Assembly (NCBI GenBank): GCA_001949185.1
Contig: BDGG01000022.1
Location: 124,001 to 188,000, forward strand
Origin: Ramazzottius varieornatus
Taxonomy: Eukaryota; Animalia; Tardigrada
Direction of reading: 5' to 3'
Length of the DNA stretch: 64,000 bases
Shown: positions 13,257-26,554 of the stretch, in pieces
How the letters are laid out: every line of letters begins with the position of its first letter
Position numbering within the stretch: the stretch's first letter is position 1
The notes under the pieces: model-generated
Database searches by the model: none
Seen by the model: the letters and a program-made list of their open reading frames with translations, nothing else
Told to the model about the DNA's origin: nothing
Translations under genes and position numbers: made by a program

Positions 13257-13668
13257 CTGCCAAGCAAGACAATATAGCAACGCTATCCCGCCACACGTCA
13301 GCAGGCACGGTTCTCTTGTATAATATATTGACTAGTCCAGTTTCCAGCCTCGACTTCCCCTTTCCCTTCCCCTGCACTCAATCCCCATCGACGTTTCCGC
13401 AACACTAAGTAAGTCAACAAGAAGTGCAGCACACTTACTGTGGGACACCGCGCAGTGACTCGATCCAGTTATAACAGACAAGAAACTAAAATTGTAAAAA
13501 GCCTGACAAAGGACGAGCAAGTCAAAATGCAACAGAATGGAGGAACATGCAGCGAGATGAAGAAAAAAGATAAAAATTATGATATTTCGATCTCGTACGA
13601 TCGAATTTCAGATGCAGAAGTAAAAGAGGGTATAGCATGCATAAGAATTAGTGTTGGGGAGGGAAAAG

Positions 13669-15605
13669 TTATGGTGGGGGGTGTAGCGGTGTGTAGAAGT
13701 TGTGATGTTGTCGGTTCTCCACAAAAGCAAAGTTCTCTTTCAAATGCTCTACTGGGCAGTCATAGTCCTTTGCCGAATTAAAGTCGACAGCGTAGGAAGT
13801 GACGCCTAACCATGGAGCTGGCGGTAAGGTCTGCAACGGCTGGCGCATACTGTCTGCCGGCTTGGCCGGCAGGCCCTGATAGCTGGACTGGAACTCGCTG
13901 ATAGCGGCAAAGGGATGAGCTGGCGGGACGTAGGCTTCAGGGACGATGGGTTTGCGTCTGGCATCAGCCCAATGCTTATAGTCAGTGTGGTTGGTGGTGT
14001 CGCCCCGGAAGAGGGCGCCGCCCAGCCGCCGGTTGGTGGGGCGGAGGGGCGTGGCAGGTGGGCCTTTCTTCCCGTCGTACTCGATTTGACTAGTGGTGTG
14101 CAGATCCATGGGAATATCGCTGGCTTCGTAGTCGAGCAGCTTGCGCTGGTATTTGTCAGGCAGCTGGTGCTGGACAAAGTCAGTCTGCTGTGTCGAGCGG
14201 TTCAGTGGCGAGCCATCGTAGCGATAGGCTGGGTTGGCCGGTTTATAGCTATGGACTTTCTCGGCCGGCTCACCCTGCAAAACCAAGACAAAAAGTTTGT
14301 TTTTCGGGGAAGGTGGCAAACCTTTTGCCGGTAAGAGTAGCGTTGGGCTTCATTAAATGGTGTACCTTGTAGGTAGTATGATAGATGGTGTTGCCGTCGA
14401 CAGGTATGGTGGGAGGTTGGTAGACAGCAACAGGCCGCTGGTACTTGTCGGGGATGGCCTTGAGGTCATAGTCCATCTGCTGGGTGGTCCTGCTGTCAAA
14501 GGGTATGGGACAGAGGAAGGGCTCCTGCGGCGCTTTCATGCTGTCTGCAGCCTTGCCGTGTAGATTGACGTAACGTGACTGGAACTCTGTCGGATTACCG
14601 AACTTGACGCTGTTATCGATTACGTACGGTTCCGGCGCCATCAGCTTTCGCTGCGAATTGGGCCAGTGCTTGTAGTCCACTGCGCAACACAAAAGGCTAA
14701 GCAAAAATAGGGTAAGCAAGCAAAGCCATGCAACAATATAGCACCACCACGCCAAAAAGCCAAAACGCATCCGGACCAAACCATGCAGACAAGACATTTT
14801 AACCTCCAGCCTCCACACTGGTCGGGATCGTTACTCCAGTAAAGTAGCCATTAAGATATGTTCGGCTATCCTTAGCGTACTGTTGTACGAACCTTGATAA
14901 GTGGCATCGCCTCGAAAAATTCCTCCGCCAATCTTGCGATTCGTTGGTTTAAATGAAGCTTCTCGTTTTCCTTGTTTGCCTATATATAAACATGTGTGGT
15001 AGCTGAGACATGGCTTCTTTGGCTATGACCGAATACTGGGCTTTCTCTGAACTTACCCAGGTAAACAGTGTTGTATGAGCTGTTCAAGTCCATAGCATCG
15101 GTGGGTTCTTCATAGGCTCTCTTGGGTTTGTAGTTTTCAACTTTGGCCAGCGGTTTCTCCACATAGTCGCTGTGCTGCGTCGACGTCTTTTCCATCTCCG
15201 TTTCCGGTAGACGGTAGCCGGTGTGGGGTTTGTAGCTGGTGGGTGGGCTGACCATTTCGCCCTTGAAGCGCGCATCGTATTCCGTCATCAGGCAAGGAAC
15301 GGTGCTGTCGACCACCAGTGGATTGCCGCTGTCGCGATGCGGACAACGGTGACGCCTGTTTGATGATCACAGGCAGAAATTAACAATCGTTCAATAAGAA
15401 GAAAAAGATTTGTGCAACACAGCAATAAATCTATCGATCGGCAAAAGCACAGGTTGACACTAAAGGTCACACGACCGCGCCTTGTTATGACAACTTGATT
15501 GCTTGATTGAAATAACTGACTTATGTAAACACAAGGGCGGTTATGTATGACGAAAGGGACTTACCCGCAGTTGCATATTTGGCAAATGCATAACTTCCGC
15601 GTCAT
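13669..15605 (-). CDS. SAXO: Stabilizer of axonemal microtubules 1/2 (FAM154)-like protein
   Basis: Spliced N-terminus MTRKLCICQICNCG|RHRCPH is the SAXO1/2 hallmark. It is followed by many Mn repeats (MTEYDARF, STQHSDY, SSYNTVY, TTQQMDY, STQQTDF, TTSQIEY, TTNHTDY, SEFQSSY, TSYAVDF) and a C-terminal CP...FAF...HNFY. Confidence 0.9.
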
Positions 15606-16716
15606 GCCGTCTTCTTCTCAACCCGCTTCAACTGGCGCAACTGCTGGCTGAGTTCCCCCAGATGGAGTTAGTATCCTGATGATCCCCAATGTGGCAGTTT
15701 GATCAAGTCAAACGGTCATGCCCTTCAGCAAAACTTCACTAAACTTTCAAATTATTACTCAGCGAAAAGCGCCTCGTCTCAAGGTTGTAACTAAAATTTC
15801 AAGTTACATTTCTGCAATCAGCTGGACGTTGTCCACACAGACTACCTGCCGTGGGGTATACTGAAAGGGATATATGGATACAAATTAGGGAAAGGAATAA
15901 GAGGGTCGCCTGGCAAGCAAAGAGGCAGATGGATGGCAGGTCAGAGCATAAGTTATATCACAGTGAAGAATGGAGTTACGCGGATCTGATCGGTACAAAA
16001 TGGACGGATGACTTTTAGCAGACATGTACAGGTAGACTCACTTCAGACGGTAGAAAACCGCTGACAAGAGGCAAGCTTCGGCAATGTCCTGGCAAGACTA
16101 GCCGATCGGTGACGATAACCCGAAGCTTACTTCAGAAGCCTGCAAGCAGTTTTCCAGTGGATAACATGAGAAAAGGCCAGTGTTCCTGCCTATAGCTAAT
16201 CGGTGGTCGAGAGCTGGAGCTGATGTTGCTGCTCTCCATCACGTAATCACCAACCTTGTTAGATAAAGCTTGGTCACGAAGGTCGATTGTTATTCGTGCT
16301 ACCTGAAACCTATTTTATTTCAATGCAGTCTATAGGCTGCTCCTGTGAACAGGTGCGGGTATCGACCTGCATGCCGGCGCGGCAAGGAAGGTACGACTTC
16401 CACCCAGCCTGCTATAGCCTGTACGTTATGTCAGAAATTGCAAATCAATATTTATATATGCATACAAAACTATATGTTCAGCGCCGTGTCGACAAGCTGA
16501 TAGACGGGAAGGTCCGCATCCCGTAAACACAGAGCTGACAGCGAAGCCGGAATAACTGAAAAAGCAATGCCACTCTACAGGGGAACAAATGGAAAAACTG
16601 GCACTAGCGCATAACGTCCGCATGGTCATTTGAGTTCTTCGATTACTATATCAAGCAAGGGAAACTGATTAAAAAATGACACAGCCAGGATATATGTCGG
16701 CACAGCTCTAGGCCTA

Positions 16717-17561
16717 TTAGGACCAAATTGGTGGATGATAGACATAGCCTGGTTGACCGGGGGCACTGTTGCTGGTCAGGCTGGGTTCGGCTACTTGTCG
16801 TTCCAGAGCCGGTGCCATATGCAAGGCACTCAGATCGGCTGGCGTGAAGGAGGGATATGCATAGGAGGTGGCCGTACGTGTAATAGTGTCAGATGTCCAA
16901 TGGTGGTTAGAGAAAGGGGAGTTGCGGTCGGCCTTCCCCAGCCATGATACCACATTTGGACTATCCGGCCTGGCCGTAATGGGTGCGAAAGTGGAGGTTA
17001 TGGCTGTGGAGGGCGAAGCCGGCGTAACTAGAGTGGAGAACCCATTGACGGTCGTGGCTGATCCCTTCCGTCTGACCTTACGCAAGGTGTGCATCTTGAA
17101 GCGACATTTATGGCGGCAGCGCCATTTGCATCCCACACCGGCTGCAACATTGCCCAAAATGTCAGAATAGAGGTCAAAAGGGTCATGGAGTGTGTCATTG
17201 AAGCGGATGGAGTATATTAATCAAAAGGCTTTTCTCTGAGAAGACATACGTAGACGAGGCGGGCAAGTATCGTAACATCGTAAAAGACAGGATTTTTCAC
17301 GGAGATTTTGTGTCGTCTCCAGATGGCGGCGATACGAAGCGGCTAGAAAAAGAAACGATACGCAGTTTCTTGATTATTGGCAATGTAACGTACTCCGCTT
17401 CGTCTTGGCTCTTTTCAGTCTTGTTGGTCCATCTACTTACGTTCGCGCATGGCAATCCACATGGAACAGAAAGCAGATTGGCACAGGAAAGCCAGAAGGG
17501 CAAAAAGGACGGCGAAAATGACCTTCCATAGCAGCTTTTCCATCATAGATCCATGGTTCAT
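16717..17561 (-). CDS. Putative two-exon single-pass membrane protein (~180 aa), no recognisable family
   Basis: Exon 1 MNHGSMMEKLLWKVIFAVLFALLAFLCQSAFCSMWIAMRE ends at a GTAAG donor near 17439 in phase 1. It joins in frame at a TTGCAG acceptor to PGVGCKWRCRHKCRFKMHTLRKVRRK and a Ser/Thr/Pro-rich tail. Confidence 0.5.
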
Positions 17562-18071
17562 CTCCCTGGCAAAGCGTGGCGCGTTGGTTTCTGCAGAGGA
17601 GACGTCTTGTAAGCGAAAGAGATGGCCCAACAACATCAATCGGCTGGCCTTTGCGCAGCAACTTGCCCCTCTTTCCAAATTTAATGCTGAAAGGTGGCGA
17701 CCTCGGCATTCTACCAGCGCTCTGCATTCCATCGCCAGTCTACAGTCTAGCATTCAAGAAAATCGCTTTGATACCACAAATTCCGCCAAGTCCTCTGCAG
17801 GTTATGTCTTTTACTGGTTAAAAGTTCCATTTCCTGCTCGCGCCCTTGCAGCAAGTCTTGTAGGCGCAAGCAGCTAGACGGAATATAAAGCATGGGCTGT
17901 GAAGACGATTAAGAGGTAAATCATGACAATCAATCGGTCAAATAGCTGCCTTCAAACTATGAAGAGCCTGCCAGCAATAGCTTAAAATTCAAAAGTTAAA
18001 AGAGTAGTGCAATGAATGGTTACCTACAGACGAAGCACAACAAGACTTTACAAGACAAAGTGTGAACATAT

Positions 18072-21000
18072 TCACTGGCGCAATTGTCGCTGCTGGTCGC
18101 CATGCTGTAACTGGGATGTTTGTGGCGGAGCATTTTGTAGACGGTTGTGCAGCTGCTGGATGCGCTGTTCCAGCTTGACCCTGCGTTGGTTCAGCACGGA
18201 CAGCTGGCGTTGCACTAGCTGCGGTGTTGGCGCGTCAATCTCTTCATCCTCGTCATTTTCTGCAAAAACATGAAACAGTCAGACCCGCCTCGATATTTAC
18301 GGTTAAGACATTGTACCTTCATCGCGGAGTGCGCTGACAGTGATGATGCCATTCCTGTTGGACTGGATGGCCAGCCCGTCGATGCGTAGACCCAGATCCT
18401 TGATGGGACTACCGGCATTGAGAGCCTGGTAGGCCGGGGCGATGCCAGCCTGGTTGGCCATCACTTCGATGGCGTCCTTGACGCGCATGCTAACATTCAT
18501 GACACGAATATCCACCATGGGCACACTCTGCAACTTGCCCGTGCTGACTTCCTCCAGCTTGACGTCATTGACTGGCGCAGCCGGTGCCGCTGAACCTACA
18601 CAAGGCAAGGTTTTCCCCTTAGAGATGACAGTGAGGAGGAGCAGAGCCAAGCCTTTGCTTACCGATGGCCTCGATGCGGCTAAGGATGGCTTGCAGACGT
18701 TTGACCGACTCGTGGCGAACCTTCAAGTCCAGCCCACGGACATTGGCCATCATGACGGGAGCACCACCGTTGCTCGAGTGCTCGCCCATCTCGAAACGAG
18801 CCAAGATAGTGTCCATGTACTCCGGCCGACCCACATCCATATCGTTTTCTATCATGGAAACGAATTAGCAGCTTGATGGGTAGAAACATTTGGCATAAAG
18901 ACGTTTGGAAGGTGGGCAAACGAGCTAGAAAAACTGAATTTTGCTCAAGTGGCGGACGGTGACAGTGGCTAGAAGTGTGCGCCACTTGACAAGACGATCT
19001 TACCCGTCTTCTTTGATCGAGCGCCCAGTTCTGCTTACTGTCAATGTACGTCAGTGGGCGATTCACTCTTACCTTGGACGGGTAGGTCAGAGACCTCGCT
19101 GAGGGCTACATCCTTGGACTCTTTGGCCACAATGTGTCCCAAGCGGGTCTTCATGACCATGTGACCGTGGGATAGCATCATGTACTGCTGCAGACTCTTC
19201 AAGGTGATGGTCAACAACGAAGCCTGTAACAGACATCATCCAGCTGAACAGACTCCAGCTGCTAAGGCACAGAGTGAGGCTGTGTCTTACCTGCACTTGG
19301 GCCAGCGGCACCGTTCGGCGGCTCTTGCCCACCTGCTGCCAGGAGAAGGGTGCCACACTGCCCGCTTCCCACTCTGTATCGTCCGTGTCGTGGTCGGTCA
19401 GGACCGGTGACACGTCCTCGTCGCTCTCGTAGCCCGAAACGTCCGTCTCCTTCTCATCATCCGTCGCTTCCGCCTCGCTTTCATCCTGTCATCATCAACT
19501 AACTGTATACTGTATGTATTGATGTCATCGAGGTCTGGTCATTAACTTACATGGGTATCGCGCCAATACTTGCTCTGCTGCCACCAGTTGGCATTGTCGG
19601 CGGCGATGGGAGTGTAGAGGCTGGGAGGGACCAAGGGTGCTCGCGTTCCATAGGGGCTAGTGGTGGTGGTGACCGTGGTGGCGTTGTCAGCCAAGGGCGA
19701 GCGAACTGCGCCATGGCTACTGACACCGCTGGTCGACGAGATGCTGCTGCTGCGTGGCTGCAATGGGTCTCGCCCCAAGGTCAAAGACGTCACCGAGCCG
19801 CTCAACGAACCCGACAAGCTAGACTCTTTGGCAATGGACAGGTTGGAGACGGCCAAGGCGTCTTCCGCTCCCAGCTTGGCTCCCGCCTCGGCTTCTTGCA
19901 GAATCAGCGAAATCTCTATATTCTCCTGGAATCCCAAGCAAGATCAACTTCGTCTGAATAACGGCAGGTCGGCAAACACACTGCTCAAGTTCATTGTGCT
20001 GACGCACGCTGCCAGTCTATAAGACCAGAACCGTACGCCACTTAGGAAAACAAACTGATTGAGTTTTAGAGGTGACGCACTGTTCGAACCAATAACATCG
20101 AAAACCTGCGCCACTTGGCCAAAGTCCCGTATGCTGATTATTGGTTGGTTACCTGTTGCATGAGGAGACAGAGACCCAAGTCGGGCGCTCCCAGTTTGGG
20201 TAAGAGAGCCATATGCTCGCCACCGACTTGTCCCAACTTGGCCAAGCCATCGGAGACGGCAATGAGCAGGCGCAGCGTATAGTCGTTGAGCTGCAGGCGG
20301 ATGGTCGGTGTGTTCATGTCGACAATGGCCGCGCCCCACACTAAACCCTTGCGCCGTTGGGGGATTGTCGCTGCAACAACCGGACATTCAAATGGGCAAT
20401 GGAAGAAAAGCCTAGTGACCAGTGCAGCGCCTACCTGTGCCGGGGACGGCCCACATATTGAGGGAGAAGGCGTCCAAGAAGGGCAAGGCATGGGCCAAGC
20501 CCAGCTGGTCCGTCACTGCCCCGGCCCACAGATCGTTCACCTGGATGGAGATGAGGGAGGGACGACGCGAGGGGTCTTGCGAGAAGGATAAAAAGTGATT
20601 GATGACGTCGACCAGAGGCCAGTCGCCCTGCATCAGACATCATTATATTAATACCATAACCGATATACTTGCGTCTACTTTAGCGTGATGGAGTATGGAC
20701 AGTGTGTTAGTGGGCACTGACCTGCATGTTGGGGAAGTATGTGGGATGGGCGAACAAGTTGGTCCTGAGCAGTGTGGGCAGCGCCTCGTCGACAATCTTG
20801 CTCTGGCCCACCGACGTGTTGGTGATGACAATGGAGGCGGCTTGGATGAGGACGCCCGACTGGCGTTCCCGTCGGTTGGCAAAGGACTTAGGGAAGAAGA
20901 TGCGTGGAATGTTGCTTTCCACTCGTAGCAGCGACTTGATGTTGGAGGGCTTGCGCATCGTCTCCATCTACAACAGAAAGGAGAGGTATCAAGAGCAGAT

Positions 21001-23620
21001 GGCAACCTTCAAGGACTAGAGTTGTACCATGTCTTCCAGGCTGCGCAGCTTCTTGATGAGGTCAATGCCGACGTGGAGGCCCATCAGCGTCATCCAGTCG
21101 ATGGTGTTGGCGTCCAGCGACAAGCGGATGGGACAGGTGGTGGCAAAGACGCTACCTTTAGGCACGGGCCATTGCACTTCCTACCAGAGAGGCACATCAA
21201 GTCTTGGCTACCGGCTTTATCGAAGGTTGAGGAGGAATGGCGCACCTTGGCATAGTAGTAGTTGGTCATGGCAATGTCGATGGCCGGCACACTTTCCGGA
21301 ATGTCAAACTCGGCCTTGTCAAAGACCAAGAAGGGCGTCTCGTGCGGCTTGTTGCCGCGCTTGACATCCTCGCCCGTCACCACCGGCTGGATGATGAACT
21401 GCCCAATGCTGGCGTTGATGGTCGTCGACAAGAGCGTCTGAAAGTCATCCTCGAACGTCGCGCTGATACTGCCTGTAAAGGCACAACTCTCCTCAGCGTG
21501 ACAAGATAGAGAAGCAATACGATATGCAAGGATCTGACAACTTACCCAGTTCACGACGATATCCGTTGAGGAGGGCGTTGATCCATTCACCACTACCGGG
21601 AACTTCGCGATGACGAGTCAGCCAACTTGTGTTACCTGCAAGATACTATACTGTCCCCATCAGTTCATGACAGACGATGCTTATGGAAGTGTCTGTACCT
21701 TCGGTGACGAGGTGGAAAGGGTAAATGTCGGCGCGAATGTCGGTGAGGTGCATGGCCATGGAGGCGTCGGCGTAGCGCGCTCGCTGGCGGGCCTCCATAA
21801 AGGTCTCGGGCAGACTATTGTCGTGGACAATGGTCAGGTCCAAGGCGCGAATCAGCAGGTGCTGCGACGTCTCCCATATGGCGTGGCGCAGGTAGTAACG
21901 CGCTCGAGCGTCTTGAATGTGCGGACGCTTCTCCACTTGGGCGTTATACTCTTCCCCAATGTGCTTCTTCAGGTAAGCATTCAACTACGAAGCAAACACC
22001 ATCAAGTGGACGTCCTCTTCTCCATAACTGTCTTTTATGCTTACTTGTTTCTGCGTGTTCTGCTTGTTGACGTATTTATGCTGGGCCTTGCGAACGCGCG
22101 TTTGAATGTTGGAGGCCTTGACCAGATGCATAATGTCGCGGACGAAGTCTACCGTCGACTTCATTTCCGTCTCGCTCAACGTCAGCTGGATGTTGTCCAA
22201 CAGAATGTCTGTAGCGCACAAAAACGCCATGAGCACACCCACCCTCCGACCATGTCACGTGTCAGCCCAAACAAACACTTACCGGCTTTGATGTTCAGCA
22301 ACAAGGCATCTATAAAACCAACAAAACCACAAATCAAACCTTGTCCAGAAAATCTCTAGATATTTTCAGTGAATCTCAGTTATCTTTCCGCAAGATAAAG
22401 CGGACACACATCCCATGTCAACCAACAAATTAAAGGTTGATGCAGGAAAATTCCATAAAGCATGGTGGCGAGAAAAATAGCCCGAAGGCATTTGCCACGA
22501 CAAAAGACGGCCTTAGCGTAAAACCTACCCGACAGCCTTCGTTTCATGATCAGGCGGACATTGCCTGCACTGGTGACCAGCATGATGGGCCGTGCGTCGG
22601 TGGCGGCCTGGCCGATACTGCGCAGTTCCACCCGCATCGACTCAAAGTCCATCTGGCGGAAGATGAGCGTCTCATCCAGCTCAGAGTTCTTCACTCGTCC
22701 TTTGGCAATGTCGTCCGTCTCTTGCCATTCCGGAGTGGACGGATACGTTCGTAGTTGTAGAAGCTACAAGCACACGTGGTCAACTTTGGTGTAGCTTTAG
22801 TCCTGAGTCCCATTTCAGAGTGAACGTGTCCCACTTCCGGTTGAGACTATTAGGCCGGCTATTGAGCTTACCTGCACGTCGGCCAACATCAACTGCGATT
22901 TGAACTGGATGCGCATGGCATTCATGCTCATGTAGATGCCATCGCCAATCTTCTGCGGTAGGCGATACTTCATCCTGCAAAAAGAGGCCCAGAGCTAGGA
23001 AGTGCGCTTGTAACTCTTTCAGGCCAATGCCAGGCTGAGACCATACTCGGGCATATTTGGCATTTTATTAGCCAGCGCAGAAATGCCCTGTGTCGGTGTT
23101 CGTAGCTCCGGACATGTCTCCAGCGTCACACGAACTTCGTCCAGGTGCTAAAGGAAAGGCAAGGCGTCGGTCAGGGATTCAGGGAAGCAAAGCACACAGA
23201 GGTAATTCCGTCCAGAAGGACACTTACGATATGGACAGGCAAGTGCTGGATCTTCCTCCATCCTATCTGCAAACGATCCACTCATGACCATTTCACCCAG
23301 GTTAACAAGAAATGGGCAGCGTCTACCTTAACGTAGAGACGGTTGCAGGTGACTCTGGCCAAGCGAAGCCATGTGGGTAGCTCCAAGAGATCGGTCAGCG
23401 CGTCCTCGTTAAAGTCACAGTCCTTCAGCTCTAAGCGGCCTTTGGTGACGCTCAACTTCAGCTGATCCCGTTCAAAGTTCTTGACATATCTATAACCAAC
23501 AAGCAAGGATCCGTCTATGCATCACTGTCAACTATCTGACAGCAACGGAAAGGACAGAGTGTTTGAGGGCACCTACTTCTCCAGATAGCTGGACAGCTGG
23601 TTCTTGATTAAGAACGTCAT
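18072..23620 (-). CDS. BLTP3: Bridge-like lipid transfer protein 3 (UHRF1BP1/SHIP164 family)
   Basis: N-terminal chorein-like MTFLIKNQLSSYLEKYVKNFERDQLKLSVTKGRLELKDCDFNEDALTDLLELPTWL, plus TSHLLIRALDL...HD, DIRADIYPFH, PAIDIAMTNYYY and a C-terminal coiled coil (LNQRRVKLEQRIQQLHNRLQ). Confidence 0.88.
18946..18988. repeat. Palindromic element core, shortened spacer (BLTP3 intron)
   Basis: CAAGTGGCGGAC-N19-GTGCGCCACTTG. Confidence 0.8.
19996..20117. repeat. Two tandem 49-bp palindromic cores (19996-20044, 20069-20117; BLTP3 intron)
   Basis: GTGCTGACGCAC-N25-GTACGCCACTTA and GAGGTGACGCAC-N25-CTGCGCCACTTG. Confidence 0.75.
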
Positions 23621-24374
23621 TCTCTAAAAGTGCAGCGATGCTTCCTTCTGCGTTGATATCTTTGTCCTTCGCAGCAATACAAACTCGCGATGAAAGTTGT
23701 ACTCGAGCGGATGGGAGAAATGGTGAACAAAACACGAGGAAAATCAATTACGTAGGAATTTGAGCATCGATTGGAACGCTATCTCTTAAACTTTTGAATC
23801 GTCACGGAAATCCCAGCTACAGCACAAATTATAGAGGGTGTGTTCAGGTCTGTGCTGTTGGGCTACAGCGCTGTCAGACCACCCCGTATAGTATATCTAA
23901 AGACAGGGTATACCGTGTAGGCGTGTACTCATACGTACGGTAAAGGCTACTCGTAACTGTAAAGGCGTAATTTTGTGCGGAAGAACTTGCTTCACTTTGC
24001 TGATCGAGCCACGAGTCGGTAACTTGATAGCCTTCCAGGCTTTTTTCTCCGCTTGTGCCCGCGACAGTGTAACGATAAGTCAAATCTGTAAATTGGTGTG
24101 TGGCTTATGAGTGCAGACAGCGAACTTCCGTCTTGCACACGGGTCGTCAACGCTAACCTTCCCTTTGGTTCTCCCGAATCACTACACACAAGTATGGGTG
24201 AAACCGATACGACGTACACGTGTACTCGAACTGTGTTGTTTGAAAGAGAAACCTGGTAAGCTTAGGACCCGCAGCTACAGCATTCAAGAGGACAGTAGAA
24301 AACCAGCAAAGTAATCACCGAGTCAGGCATTAAAAGAGTAGATTGTACATGTCCTGAAGGTGTTTTCCAGCCCA

Positions 24375-26554
24375 CTAGAGGTTGTCATCGTCGTCGTCCG
24401 GATGATACAGTTCAGTCAGGAGCCGGTAGACGTATGAAGGGGCATTTCCACCTCTGCAAAGAACAAGAGAATTTTGCTGTAAGTGTCGGTATAACTTGGC
24501 CATAACGCATTTTCGTAACCGGACATTGAATCAGGCAACAGCAATTGGATGATCGTCCAAGGATTCCTTACATGTTGGAGATAAAGAGAGTGACGAGCTG
24601 GGGCGGTACATAGTCAAAGACGGGATTGACTAAGTGAACCTTGGAGAGGACTTCGCCTTCGGCGTAGTTCATGACGTCTTCCGGCGTGACGAACTTGTTG
24701 AAGGCGTCTTGGTCTGACGTTCCCAGATACTGTGGCGACAGCTTGAACATGGCCGCACAGACTATCAGCTACAACCAAGCGTCAGCTTCGGCACCTTGAT
24801 TACAGCCAGTCCATTCAGCCTACCAGACATGTAATGATTGTGTGTTGGCTATGCTTACCGGTACGGAATAATGCTTGGCGGCCAGGGCGATTGTATGGCT
24901 TCCGTTGACGGCTTTTAACCTACAGCAACAGTTGGACCAGATGTAGCAGTATCAACAGTCAGATCCAACAGCAATGGCAAAGAAGGCTATGGAAAAACGT
25001 CTGGCATAAAGCAAGGCTGAAGTGGTAGTTGGCAGCTCACCCTCCGTTAGCCATGACGGTGTGGGTGCCAATGATGACTTTGTTGACGCGGGACATCATG
25101 GCAAAGATGGCCGAGTCGGTGATCAACGTCGTGGGAATGGGAGGGGTGTTCTCGGCCAGGCTCTTAGCCATAATGTGCCCTTGGAAGAAAGGGGCAGCTT
25201 CGGCGACGATGACATGGAACTTGCGCTTCTTGGCCGCATGCTGCATGAAACACACAACAGTACCACCTTCAAACTGTGCCTGGCAGTTCTTCCCCATCAG
25301 CACAGTGCTGACATACCTTGAGGAAAGCTTCGACTGTGCGGGACTTGCCGATGGTCAGGATAATCTCGTTAGAATGGATATGCTCCAGCGCCTGTACCGC
25401 GATATTGTCGCCACTATATAAGGACATGACAAACATCCCTCACATCCCTTTTGGCGTATCGTACGAGTACCCTTAACCAACCTGGTTTCCAGTTCGCTAA
25501 GGAATTCCCCAATAGCTTCCAGAAGGGTGCCTTTGAATGTTGTATCCTATATTATGCAGGATGGATAGATCTTCACCAAAGAACAAGCTTGAAACGAGGA
25601 ACTTCTGGTCATCACCTTGAGCTTGGGTAGTCGCCTGTTGTAGTCATCCGATCGGCCCACGCCGGACACGAACATATTCTGCAACAATTCATATTTACCA
25701 TCATTCTTCTTTGAGAATTTTGGAACATCTCCGCTCTATAATGTCCTGTATACGACTGTCCACTTTGGTGCAATTACTACAGTCAACTGCTGGTAATTAA
25801 TGGTGACGTTCACGCTTACATGAAGGGATTCTTTGACATCAGGTTCTTCCGCGCTCGGAACCGCTCCATCGGCCGTTAAGGCCGTCGAATAACTACACGT
25901 ATGAAGTAGCAGCCATCAGTAAGCATCAGGACGGTAAGAAATGGTACCATCATGAAAACAGCCGGAAGTCGCAAACGGCACTCACCGCATTAGTATATAA
26001 ATTAGACACTTACTTGACGTATTCCTCTCTAATGATCTTTAAAACTGCAACAAACAGACGTGGTCCACACGCTCAAAGTAGTCGAGCCACTGCCAGAAAG
26101 AATGCGCCATACTTCGACGAACAATATTGCCAAAAACGGAGTCGGCGGGGTTGGTCTTGGTGATGCGTCGCCCTTCTCGCTTGATCAGCGCTATCAGTTC
26201 TCTACCATCACAAGCAACAATGCCTCCCCATACACATTGTGCAGCAACAGGCAACTTACTTTGCTGTCTGCCATTTACATACTGCCACAATCTTGCGGAG
26301 TATTAGGGCGGCTTCGCGTGCCGTCGAGTAGGAACCTTCCTTCGGGCTGCTACAATGAAGCATTCAGCAAACGAGTGATGTGGATTACACGGAGCTTGAA
26401 GTCACTTCATGGCTTACCTGTGGTGCAGCCTCGTCAAAAACTTCTCGATGTTGTCTTGCAGTTCTTCCGTGAGAGGGATGTCACAGGGTCCACTTGGCGA
26501 AGATGAACTGGCTCGATCCGAGGATGCCAGACCGGAAGTGGAAGTCATCACCAT
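24375..26554 (-). CDS. EIF2B2: Translation initiation factor eIF2B subunit beta
   Basis: [13 protein letters not shown]...[107 protein letters not shown]. Confidence 0.95.

Noticed and set aside
7671-22359. Long plus-strand ORFs (e.g. 7671-8330, 13915-14334, 21610-22359)
   Set aside because: They are antisense shadows of well-supported minus-strand exons, an expected result of GC3-rich codon usage.
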